Assembly: GCF_006345805.1 (NCBI RefSeq)
Contig: NC_043006.1
Span: 65,968,001-66,032,000 of the forward strand
Direction: 5' to 3'
Source of the DNA: Octopus sinensis
Taxonomy: Eukaryota
Length of the DNA: 64,000 bases
The notes under the pieces were generated by a model. The model saw nothing but the letters and a program-made list of their open reading frames with translations. It made no database searches and was not told where the DNA came from. The translations under genes were made by a program, and so were the position numbers. Positions 52,051-63,662 of this stretch are shown piece by piece (the stretch's first letter is position 1; each line of letters starts with the position of its first letter).

Positions 52051-52832
52051 ACACCCACTCGTAACTTCACTCACTCATTCACTCACATTATAACAGCTCA
52101 AACTTTTATACGGAAGACCAAAAACGAAATAAATTTCGTAAAAACAGAAAAGCAAATGAAATACAATTTTTATATTTTCGTACCAAGTCGCTGGAAAGGA
52201 CTTAAATGTTTTAAATATATTTTTCCCCTTCAGTATTAATAGAAACATTTAATTAATCAATAATAATAATTATTTATTCTTAATAAAATATTATTATTAT
52301 TATTACCGCTACATCAAGGAAGGACAAGTGCTTTGTGCTGAAAATAAAAAAAAGTTTTACGGGCTTCCTATTTTCCCTATTTGATGGTTTCTACCTATCT
52401 GTGGGTGTTTTGCATATTCAAGCATTAATTTTCATACGTCACTGCGACTAACTCACTCACCCATTGATTGTATAAGCCTATCCCAGTATATTTCGGTCTC
52501 ATCCCACCCAGCTTTATTTCCTGATTACTTTCAGAAAAATCAATTTTGTAGATAATTTTTCTTTTAACAAATACAATGAAGGTGACATAGATAAGAATTA
52601 TATTAGAATTTAACGTGAATATAAAAAAAAGGTGGGCGCAAGCATATGCATACCGATACACACACACACACACACACACACACAAATACAAACACACAAA
52701 ACACACACACGTGTATATATCTATGCACACACGCACACACATGTAGGTGCAGACATGGATGTGTGGTGAAGAAATTCACTTCACAATCACATAATTTATA
52801 GTTCAGTCCCACTGCATGGCACCTTGGGCAGG

Positions 52833-52835
<3 letters not shown>

Positions 52836-52865
<30 letters not shown>

Positions 52866-53070
52866 TGTGTACAGTGCTCAGGTGCACTACAACTCATCTA
52901 AAGTGTATATATAATCAGGTGTAGTTTCGGCGGATTTCGGAAAGCATGAGGGCCTTAAAGGATGCAGTGTCATGGCAGTCAACAACTGACGCAGGCAGTT
53001 TATTCCATGCTTCAGCAACTCTGAGCGTGAAAAAATGTTTCCGAAAGTCATGGGAGCTGTGTTGTTTTCT
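52836..53070 (-). mobile_element. CR1 LINE 3' fragment with (ATT)n tail, inserted into a SINE
   Basis: Minus frame FRKHFFTLRVAEAWNKLP is a CR1 C-terminus; the two SINE halves lie at about 52745-52830 and 53070-53150. Confidence 0.8.
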
Positions 53071-53639
53071 GTGTTGTATCTTCTACTATAGCCCAAGACC
53101 AACTGAAGTCTTGAGTAAATTTGGTAGACGAACACTGAAACAAGCCTGATGTGTATGATGTGTGCATGTGTGTGTGTGTGTGTGTATACATACACATACA
53201 TTCCTAAGCTATTGTATTTTCTGAGAGTTGGGCTCTCTTAAAAATTCCTGTCGTCCCTCCAGTACTTTGACAACCTAATCTTCAGGAAACTCAAATGCTT
53301 GGTCAATGTCAAACTCATCCCAGACTCCCACAGCCAAGCTGCTTTTCTCAAACGGTTTGGGGATTCAGGTCTGCACAAGTGCTTGTTCTCATCTCTTTCC
53401 TGTTTTCTTTCCTTGATCCATGCTTGCTCCCCTTTGCTAGGCAACAGCTTCTCCTCTCCAACATAGACTAATTCCAATAGGGAGATGGATGAAGCTCTAT
53501 CACAGTGGGGAGAGAGCTGGGTTTGTCAGTTCTGATTACAGTGGAGGATTGACAGAAACAAAGAGTATGAGACAATCTGCATTCAGGTGCCACTTTCAAC
53601 TCTCTCCTTGATCAATCTGATCAATTTTCAAGGTGTCAC

Positions 53640-54290
53640 CTACTTTCCGCCAGTGCAAAATTCTCAAGGGACTGGATTAGTACCCTGCCTGTGGCCAACA
53701 TTAGAGGTCAACTCAGTCTAGATGAACTCTGCATCTCCATCACACTCAGAGTGGGTGCTGACGTCTGTAGGGGACTGAGATGTCGCTGTGGTAGACATCC
53801 CAACCTCACAGGTCTTCATGGTCTGTCTTGCCACCTAAATGCTGGTCGCTTCGCTCATCACACTGAGCTAAACCTAATCACTGAGCAGGCCCTGACTGGG
53901 ACTAATTTCCCCTCGGTTCTGGAGCTGTTGGGGTTATCCAGAAGTGATGGAAATAGACCAGATGGTCTTACTCTCAGGCCCTGAGTTAGATATAGGTGCC
54001 TCATTTGGGATGCCACAGTCTGTGACTTCTTTGCTCCCTCCAACATCCTGGATGATGCAGTTAATGGGAGGGTCACTACTTCTGTAGCTGAAAGGAACAA
54101 ATCTTGAAATATCAGGACCTGACAGTGAATTATCTCTTTGAACATGTGGTGTTTGAGACATTCGGAGGAACTGGGCCACTAACTGCAAAGTTTTTGTCAA
54201 CGTTGGCAGCTTGCATGTGATGCCCTTCATGGTGATTGGCTTTCCCAACACCTTAGTAATGCTACGAGTGTGCTGGTTTACTTCATGAAG
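53640..54290 (+). mobile_element. Degenerate CRE-like (RLE-endonuclease) non-LTR retrotransposon C-terminus
   Basis: CRCG..H.LSC zinc knuckle, then HHTELNLI...LELLGLSRSDGNRPDGLTL...LIWDATVCD, the RPDG...WD signature of the CRE-type PD-(D/E)XK nuclease. Confidence 0.7.
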
Positions 54291-55488
54291 TTCTGTTAAA
54301 CCTTGCTGTGTGCGACCAGTTGCTGTGATAAAAAAATCCCCATAAATGGTTTCAATACAGTTTTAAAAGAAAGGTTTTCCAGTAATTTTCTTTCATGTAA
54401 ATAAATGTTTATGTTAATTTTAAAATTTACCAGCAGAATCTTATAAAGTGACAATTTTCTAAAAGTGTACACGTTCATACATGCATACATATATACATAC
54501 ATACATACATGCATGCATGCATGCATACATACATACATACATGCATACATACATACATACATACATACATACATACATACATACATACATACACATGTTT
54601 GTACATATACATACAAGGGTACATACACATACACACTCACACATACATAAATATATATGTATGTATACATACACATACATACTTATACTCATGCATATAC
54701 TCAAGACATGGGACGAAGTGGTAAGGACTGATCTCAGGAAGTTGGACCTCACAGAAGAAATGACCATGGACTGAGATGTCTGGCGATATGAAGTTCTTGA
54801 GAAGACCCACTCACATCAGTGAGACTGAGTTCTAGAAGCGCTGTGCAGAAAACTTCTCACACACTCTACCACAACAAACCAAACTACATCTCTACATCCC
54901 TTCTTTTCCTCACATTTCTGATTCTTGTACTATGGTTACCTTCCACTCCCCAATCTTGTCCTCTTGGCCCGGTGCCACTCTATCATTGCTCTCTGCTTGC
55001 CCCCAACCTGTGCGTTCTCCCCACATGCCTTGTCTCACTCTATTATTGCCATCTGCAAGCCACTGACCTGGGTGTTCCACCCACATTTAACAAGAAAACT
55101 TTTCCCTCACCCTACCCCAACAAACCAATCTATGTCTCTTCTCTTTCTCGCATTTCCTCCTTCATTCATTATGCAGAACTCACACCCCTTGCCTAGCTCT
55201 CACACCCAATCCTGTCCTCACACCCCTGCTTGTCTGTATCATTGCTATCCAGTAGCTCCTCCAACTCTATACATACTCAGGTTTTTCACCACTTACTTGC
55301 ACTCTTCAATCACACTCCCTTCACAATATCCTGTCACTTACATTATGGTATTTGAACTTCAAGTATATGCCCTGGCACTTGCCACCATCTATATCTCGCT
55401 CTTCCTTTACTCAACCATCTCATTTATACTCTGATCCCTGTTCCTTGTGAGTATGCCCAGTATTTTACCATCATCTCCATCCTGTGGT

Positions 55489-55539
<51 letters not shown>

Positions 55540-56048
55540 ACTCACTCTCTCTCTCTCTCTCTCTCGCTCACTCTCTCTCCCTCTTTCTCCTTCTCCTGCA
55601 CTTCCCTCAGGTTGGGCAACCATGTATTTCCTTTGTGGCAGCACACCTGTTTCTGTCTTCATTCCTGGTCTTTCTCACTCCTGTCAGGTAACCTTGTACT
55701 TCCTCTTCAGCAACACACCTATATCTGTCTCATTATAACCTTTTCATTATCATCTCCTCCAATGCCTCCTCCCCACTTAAAAAGTTTTTGTCTTGCAAGT
55801 ACTTGGTGACCCTGTCAGTGCAGGTGCCACTTAAAAGCACCCATTCAACACTGCAAAATGGTTGGTGTTCAGAAGGGAATCCAGCTGTAAAAACCTTGCC
55901 AAAACCGACCTTGCCTGTGCCTGTGCCATGTAAAAAGCATTAAATCCACTCTGCTGAGCAGTTGGTGTTAGGAAGGGCATCCAGCTGTAAAATCCTGCCA
56001 AAACTGTCACAGAAGTCCACCCATGCTAGCATGGAACACAGACATTAA

Positions 56049-56080
<32 letters not shown>

Positions 56081-56153
56081 ACAGCTGATGCCCCAACATG
56101 GCCACAGTCTAATGACTGAAACCATAAAAGATAAAAGATACATACATACATAC

Positions 56154-56207
<54 letters not shown>

Positions 56208-56262
56208 GAAATATTAAAATTACTAAGTCTCTTTAAAAGAGATTACGACAGCGTTTCTGGAA

Positions 56263-56754
56263 ATTAATAGTTATCGCCATACTAATATGGCATTCTTAAA
56301 AATAAGAATAAAGCTGTTGCTGATTAGCTCCATGAAGCCATCGCCTCAAGCTAGCTACTTGACACACAAACTGCGTCCGTTATTAACACACACACACACA
56401 CATATGCATACACACACACACACACATATGTTTCGACGGATGCATCAAAATACATCTGGCAGGATGAATTATCTGTAAAAATGTCTGTTTGGTGAGTGCT
56501 GTTTATATCAAATGCTTTGCTCAGGAACACAATGCAACGCCCAGTCTTGGAATCGAACCCATGATCTTGCAACCATGAGTCCAACACCTTAACCACCTAG
56601 CCATGTGCCTTTCTCTCTCTCTCTCTCTATATATATATATAACGGACACAGTTTGTGTGTCAAGTAGCTAGCTTGAGGCGATGGCTTCTTGGAGCTAATC
56701 AGCGACAGCTTTATTCTTATTTTTAAGAATGCCATATTAGTATGGCGATAACTA

Positions 56755-56759
<5 letters not shown>
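56263..56759. repeat. 121-bp inverted repeat (56263-56383 / 56639-56759) enclosing two segments copied from 58670-58960
   Basis: 3 mismatches between the arms. 56390-56509 is a direct copy of 58850-58960; 56511-56630 is an inverted copy of 58670-58790. Confidence 0.9.
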
Positions 56760-56824
<65 letters not shown>

Positions 56825-56840
56825 TTTATTATATAGAAGG

Positions 56841-56891
56841 AGCTTCTACAGGACTAGAACTGTTTCATTCAAGAGAAATCTTCAGGAAGCT
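56841..56891 (-). ncRNA. Candidate type I hammerhead ribozyme (left-arm copy)
   Basis: Exact reverse complement of 58442-58492. Confidence 0.7.
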
Positions 56892-58162
56892 AGTTAACAA
56901 GAATTGTATTGGCATTTATACATTTAGGCAGGTTTAAAGGGGTGTTGGTGGGGGACTTTTTGGGGGTAGGCATAGCGCAAAAAATCATACTTGGGGGGTG
57001 GTCAAGGAGTCAGTGTTAAATTAGATAGGAGAATAAATAAAAATAAAAATAAAAAATAAAAATAAAAATAAAAAATAAAAAATAAAAAATAAAAAAAAAT
57101 AAAAATAAAAATAAAAAATAAAAATAAAAAAATAATAAATAAAAAAATATATATATATATATTATATATATATATATATATTATATATATATATTATATA
57201 AAGGGGGGAATAGAGTTTTAGGTAAATAAGGAGATTCTCACTTATACCTCTACACATACACACATATATACACTCACACATACATATACATATCTACACA
57301 TACACATATATATGTATACATACACACACTCACTTGCATACACGTATACACACATGTATATATACACACACGACCACACATACATATACATACAGGAAAA
57401 TATATATATACACATACACACACATATACTCACATACACGCATACACACACAAATCCATACACACACATGCACACACAGCACACTAGTCCCTATATACAC
57501 ATATATACACATACACACATATATATACACCCACACATACACATACATACACATATATATACATACATACACATACACATGTTTGTGACCAAGCGGCCAA
57601 AGATAACAAAAGTAATAAACGAAGATAATAAAATTAAAATTAGGGAATGGGTCTGTATTTGTATATGTATATATATATATGTGTGTATGTTTAGGTATGC
57701 ATGGGTACACATATATATGTATGTATATGTGTATATATATATATATGTGTATGTATGTATATGTGTATATGTATGTGTATGTATGTATATATATGTGTAT
57801 GTATGTGTATGTGTGGGTGTATATATATGTGTGTATGTGTATATATGTGTATATAGGGACTAGTGTGCTGTGTGTGCATGTGTGTGTATGGATTTGTGTG
57901 TGTATGCGTGTATGTGAGTATATGTGTGTGTATGTGTATATATATATTTTCCTGTATGTATATGTATGTGTGGTCGTGTGTGTATATATACATGTGTGTA
58001 TACGTGTATGCAAGTGAGTGTGTGTATGTATACATATATATGTGTATGTGTAGATATGTATATGTATGTGTGAGTGTATATATGTGTGTATGTGTAGAGG
58101 TATAAGTGAGAATCTCCTTATTTACCTAAAACTCTATTCCCCCCTTTATATATATATATATA

Positions 58163-58196
<34 letters not shown>

Positions 58197-58441
58197 TATT
58201 TATTTTTTATTTTTTATTTTTTTTTTTATTTTTTTATATTTTTTATTTTCTATTTTTTATTTTTTATTTTTTATTTTTTATTTTTTATTTTTTATTTATT
58301 CTCCTATCTAATTTAACACTGACTCCTTGACCACTCCCCCAAGTATGATTTTTTGCGCTATGCCTACCCCCAAAAAGTCCCCCACCAACACCCCTTTAAA
58401 CCTGCCTAAATGTATAAATGCCAATACAATTCTTGTTAACT

Positions 58442-58492
58442 AGCTTCCTGAAGATTTCTCTTGAATGAAACAGTTCTAGTCCTGTAGAAGCT
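58442..58492 (+). ncRNA. Candidate type I hammerhead ribozyme (right-arm copy)
   Basis: AGCTTC-CTGAAGA-T-TTC-TCTT-GAA-T-GAA-ACAG-TTCTAGTC-CTGT-A-GAAGCT. Stem I 6 bp, stem II 3 bp plus U.U, stem III 4 bp, GUA cleavage site after 58486. Confidence 0.7.
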
Positions 58493-58578
58493 CCTTCTAT
58501 ATAATAAATTAATTTTACTCTGCTATGTATTGAGTACCTTATTTACTGTGGTTAACCCCGAATCAACCCGGGACCTAC

Positions 58579-58625
<47 letters not shown>

Positions 58626-58632
58626 GTGTGTG

Positions 58633-58689
<57 letters not shown>

Positions 58690-58790
58690 AAGGCACATGG
58701 CTAGGTGGTTAAGGTGTTGGACTCATGGTTGCAAGATCATGGGTTCGATTCCAAGACCGGGCGTTGCATTGTGTTCCTGAGCAAAGCATT
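58690..58790 (+). mobile_element. tRNA-derived SINE head with intact Pol III boxes
   Basis: TGGCTAGGTGGTTA (A box) and GGTTCGATTCC (B box). No tRNA 3' acceptor stem; it continues into SINE body sequence. Confidence 0.7.
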
Positions 58791-58955
58791 CGACATCTGA
58801 CATGTGGCACCTGTTGTGCCTGTCCAGGTAGTGTTGATCTATACACACACACATATATGCATACACACACACACACATATGTTTCGACGGATGCATCAAA
58901 ATACATCTGGCAGGATGAATTATCTGTAAAAATGTCTATTTGGTGAGTGCTGTTT

Positions 58956-59047
58956 ATATCCTTCCTGATGAGATTCATGCATAGCTGACCATAATTCATC
59001 CTGTCGGTGTATTTTGAATGCATCCATCGAAACATGTGTAGAAGATA
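58956..59047 (+). ncRNA. Candidate type I hammerhead ribozyme with extended stem II
   Basis: CTTC-CTGATGA-GAT...ATC-GAA-ACA-TG-TGT-A-GAAG. All core nucleotides present, with a G10.1-C11.1 pair. Confidence 0.5.
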
Positions 59048-59560
59048 TCTATATATATAAAACTGTAGTTGTGTGAGTGTCTGTCCCCTTTGATTTAGAT
59101 TCCTAACTACTCCCACATTTTGCGGTGCAGTTTAACCAAATTCAGGTATCTTATAGTCGTGATTCATATCGAGCCCGTCTGGCTATTAGCACGCGTCTAC
59201 GATGAGTCTACGATTTTAAAAATAATTTAACATCATTTTTTATTCCATTTTAATGCATAATTTTTCGTGTGTCAATGGCAGCGGAGTTGGCGTCCATGCT
59301 CACATCTGCACCTGTTTGCTTCTCCCCCTTCTTCCCTCCCTCGTGAAGCTGTGGGGAAGGGAATGTAAGGAAATCAACGTCATAAAGCGTTGTCAAGGAG
59401 ACCAGCGTTCTTTTAGAACAACGACTTCATGGCTTGAAGACACCAAAACAGAAATGGCTAAGAAAGCCCGAATTGGTATCTATAAGGGAAGTAACTCTCT
59501 AAAAATGCTTATATAGTTATTTCCCTTACAAACCCGAGCAACGCCGGGCGATACTGCTAG
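59048..59560 (+). mobile_element. Non-autonomous Helitron (513 bp)
   Basis: A|TCTATATATATAAA ... CCCGAGCAACGCCGGG hairpin ... CTAG|T. Inserted at an AT dinucleotide with no TSD. Confidence 0.92.
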
Positions 59561-59619
59561 TGAAGATATAAATGATTTAATAACATACTGAGTGTTTGTC
59601 ACCTTATTCAATTTTTCTA

Positions 59620-59686
<67 letters not shown>

Positions 59687-60599
59687 TATATATATATATA
59701 TATAATATATATAGTTAATCCAAACATGAAAACAGAAAGAGAAAACACAACGCGAGGACATAGAAAAAGTATAGTGTTATTGGATGCTAGGAAAGGAAAG
59801 AAAGAAGGAGGATTTAACGTTTCAAGCAGAGCTCTTTGTCAGAAACATAGAAAAAGGAAAGATCCAAAGAAAGGAAGATGATGAAAAAAATCGCCAACAA
59901 TATACATGCGGTATACATATATATATACATATACATATATATTATATATATATAATATATATATATAATATATATATATATACACTACATACATATACAT
60001 ACATATACATACACACACACACAAACACACACACACACACACACATATATATAGGTGCAGGCAAGGCTCTATAATAAGAAGCTTGCTTCCCAGTCACATA
60101 GTTCCAGGTTCAGTCCTGGGGTTGATTTACTCGACTAAAACCCTTCAAGGCAGTGCCCCAGCATGCCCACAGTTAAATGATGACTGAAACAAGCAAAAAA
60201 TAAAAGATTAAGTTATAGGCGCAGGAGTGGCTGTGTGGTAAGTAGCTTGCTTACCAACCACATGGTTCTAGGTTCACTCCCACTGCATGGTGCCTTGGGC
60301 AAGTGTCATCTACTCTAGCCTTGGGCTGACCAAAGCCTTGTGAGTGGATTTGGTTGATGGAAAGTGAAATAAGCCCATCATATATAAATATATATGTGCT
60401 GATGCCTGTACTGCTTGACTGGCCCTCATGCTGGTGACACATAAAAAGCACCCACTACACTCTCGGAGTGGTTGGCATTAGGAAGGGTATCCAGCTGTAG
60501 AAACTTTGTCAGATCAGATTGGGGCCTGGTGCAGCCTCCTGGCTTGCCAACCCTCAGTCAAACCGCCCAACCCATGCCAGCATGGAAGGTGGACGTTAA

Positions 60600-60758
<159 letters not shown>

Positions 60759-60997
60759 GTGCTGTATGTGTGCGTATGTGTTTGTGTGTCTGTGTTTGTT
60801 CCTCACCAACATCACTTGACAACTGATGCTGGTGTATTTACATCCCCGTGACTTAGCATTTCGGCAAAAAAAGACCAATAGAATAAGTACTAAGCTTACA
60901 AAGAATAAGTCCTGGGTTCAATTCGCTTCACTAAAGGCGGTGCTCCAGCATGGCTACAGTCAAAACTGACTGAAACAAGTAAAAGAATAAAAGAAGA

Positions 60998-61378
60998 ATA
61001 TTTGCCACTTAAATGTGGCTAACCCTTAAGGGTGGATGCTACTGTAGCTTGTAGCCCCAGGAGGACACCTCTTCCAGCTGACTATTGACACTTTCTGTGC
61101 CCTATCAGTATTTGCAAAGGGAAGTCATCATTCCCATCTCCAACCTGACATGATACACACGGACCTGAGTTTCTGAGTATTGACCCATCATCAGTACACC
61201 GGTTGTTGATGTGAAATGGTTCCCAATGCAAATATGTATATCCTTTTTTCAGTGATGAAAAGTCACTGATCTCGAAAAAGTGTAAACAAGCAATAATAAA
61301 TCTCTGAGCTAAATCCTGGGGCTACAAGCTACAGTAGCATCCACCCTTAAGGGTTAGCCACATTTAAGTGGCAAATAT
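60998..61378. mobile_element. Element with perfect 65-bp inverted termini (MITE or fold-back)
   Basis: 60998-61062 is the exact reverse complement of 61314-61378. Confidence 0.75.
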
Positions 61379-61379
61379 G

Positions 61380-61700
61380 TTCCAGTTGAACCGATCAACA
61401 GAACAGCCTGTTCGTGAAATTAACATGCAAGTGGCTGAGCACTTCACAGACACTTGTACCCTTAATGTAGTTCTCAGGGATATTCAGTGTGACACAGAGT
61501 GTGACAAGGCTGGCCCTTTGAAATACAGGTACAACAGAAACAGGAAGTAAGAGTGAGAGAAAGTTGTGGTGAAAGAGTACAGCAGGGTCTGCCACCATCC
61601 CTTGCTGGAGCCTCGTGGAGCTTTAGGTGTTTTCGCTCAATAAACACTCACAATGCCTGGTCTGGGAATTGAAACTATGATCAATGACTGCGAGTCATTG
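61380..61700 (-). mobile_element. Third SINE family copy
   Basis: Minus strand ..tttcaattcccagaccaggcattgtgagtgtttattgagcgaaaacacc.. has a degenerate B-box head followed by a SINE-like body. Confidence 0.5.
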
Positions 61701-62271
61701 ATCATACACACACACATATTCACACACACACATATTCTTTTATCTTTTACTTGTTTCACCTATTGTTTCACCTAACCTAACAATAGGTGAAACAAGTAAA
61801 AGATAAAAGAATATGTGTGTGTGTGTGTGTTTTTATACACATATATCTATTTTTGATAAATTGTAAAAGATAAAAGTACACAACATGCTCCATTGTTAAG
61901 AGAATTGTGATAGTGAATGCTTGTTTGCTATAAACCTGATTACATAACAAGACATCATGCCTTGTATGACCTACCTTGCATTATTTGTGGCTATATGGAA
62001 AAAGGAACAAGTGATTGTGGCTGATTTGCATAAATGGCACCCTATTAATAGCTGCTCTTATCATCACCCTTCATGTCCTCCTCCTCCTCCTCCTCTTCCT
62101 CATCCTCCTCCTCCTCCTCCTCCTCCTCCTCCTCCCATTTTATATATTTTCTGCCTTTATGTTTGCTAATTAAACCATTCAACTACTGATACCTTATTCC
62201 ATTTCATGCCCTTCATATAAGTACATTTAAGGTTAATAAGGACTTTCGTGCAAAAGTTTTTATACTCTGGA

Positions 62272-62899
62272 CTAGCAGTATCGCCCGGCGTTGCTCGGGT
62301 TTGTAAGGGAAATAACTATATAAGCATTTTTAGAGAGTTATAGCCAAAAAATAGCAAAAAATGCATTAAAAATGGAAAAAATATGATGGTAAATTTTTTT
62401 TAAATCGTTGACTCATCGTAGACATTTTTAGAGAGTTACTTCCCTTATAATAGCGAAAAATGCATTAAAATGGGAAAAAAACGATGGTAAATTTTTTTTT
62501 AAATCGTAGACCATGTAGACGCTTTCTTAGCCATTTCTGTTTTGGTGTCTTCAAGCCATGAAGTCGTTGTTCTAAAAGAACGCTGGTCTCCTTGACAACG
62601 CATTACGACGTTGATTTCCTTACACTCCCTTCCCCACAGGTGCAGGTGTGAGGCGTGGACGCCAACTCCACCGCCATCGACACACGAAAAATTATGCATT
62701 AAAATGGAATAAAAATTATGTTAAATTATTTTAAAATCGTAGACTCATCGTATATGCGCGCTAATACTCAGACGGGCTCGATATGAATCACGACTATAAG
62801 CTACCCGATTTGGTTAAACTGCACCGCAAAATGTGGGAGTAGTTAGAATCTAAATCGAAGGGGACAGACACTCACACAACTACAGTTTTATATATATGA
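62272..62899 (-). mobile_element. Non-autonomous Helitron (628 bp), same family as 59048-59560, with an internal duplication
   Basis: Minus strand A|TCATATATATAAAACTG ... CTAG|T with the same subterminal hairpin. Confidence 0.92.
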
Positions 62900-62936
62900 T
62901 ATACATAGCGCAGTAGTGGTGAGATGTGACAGCAAA

Positions 62937-63480
62937 GAAAAGCATACTTCACTCTCTGCATGCAATTAGACTCGGAAGTTCGTGAGGAACCCATTGACCC
63001 AATTTGCTGACTTTTCCGATAGCACACAGGTCTCAATGAATGGTTGAATGACCAAATCCAAGCTTCTCTGCTAGTTCCTCAACAGTTACGATGAGATTTT
63101 GTTCCACCAGGGTTTTCAGGATGTCCTTGTCGAGTTCTACAGATCTTTCAGGATGAGGCTCGTCTTCTAGGCTGTAGTTTATGGCTCGGAATTTCTGGAA
63201 CCACCATTGACACTGCCTTACGCTTATTGTCCAATCCCCATATACTGCATTAATATTTCTTGTACTTTCCGTTGCGTTGTTGTCTTTATTGAACTCATAA
63301 AGCAAAATATGCCAAATATGCTCCTTTGTTACTTCCAACATAGCTTTGAAAAAAATAGCTGTTAAAATCGAAATGCACTCTTCAAAACTTGCACTATGAA
63401 TAAGGACAAGATAAAATTACTACCTGCTTTTATAGCAAGTTAATATAAGTAGTTTATCCCATTCCCCTCTGACTTTTAGT
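62937..63480 (-). mobile_element. Mariner transposase 5' fragment (HTH domain)
   Basis: HILLYEFNKDNNATESTRNINAVYGD..ISVRQCQWWFQKFR...SLEDEP is a Mos1/Hsmar-type N-terminus (ORF 63033-63341). Confidence 0.88.
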
Positions 63481-63631
63481 TCAAGCTGTTGAAAAAACCG
63501 CATTATTATATATATATACATACATACGTACATACATATACACACACACTCTCTCTCTCACACACATGCACACATTTATATTCTGTTATTCTTTTATATG
63601 TTTCAGCCTTGAGGTTGTGGCCATGCTGGAT

Positions 63632-63662
<31 letters not shown>

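Larger units (their letters stand above)
56820..58513. repeat. ~1.7 kb near-perfect palindrome (arms ~750 bp, spacer about 57577-57770)
   Basis: The unique parts of the arms are reverse complements with about 1 substitution. The ORF track shows identical peptides at 57242-57484(-) and 57863-58105(+). Confidence 0.95.

Noticed and set aside
58690-58760. tRNA gene
   Set aside because: It has A and B boxes but no cloverleaf or acceptor stem, and it continues into SINE body sequence.
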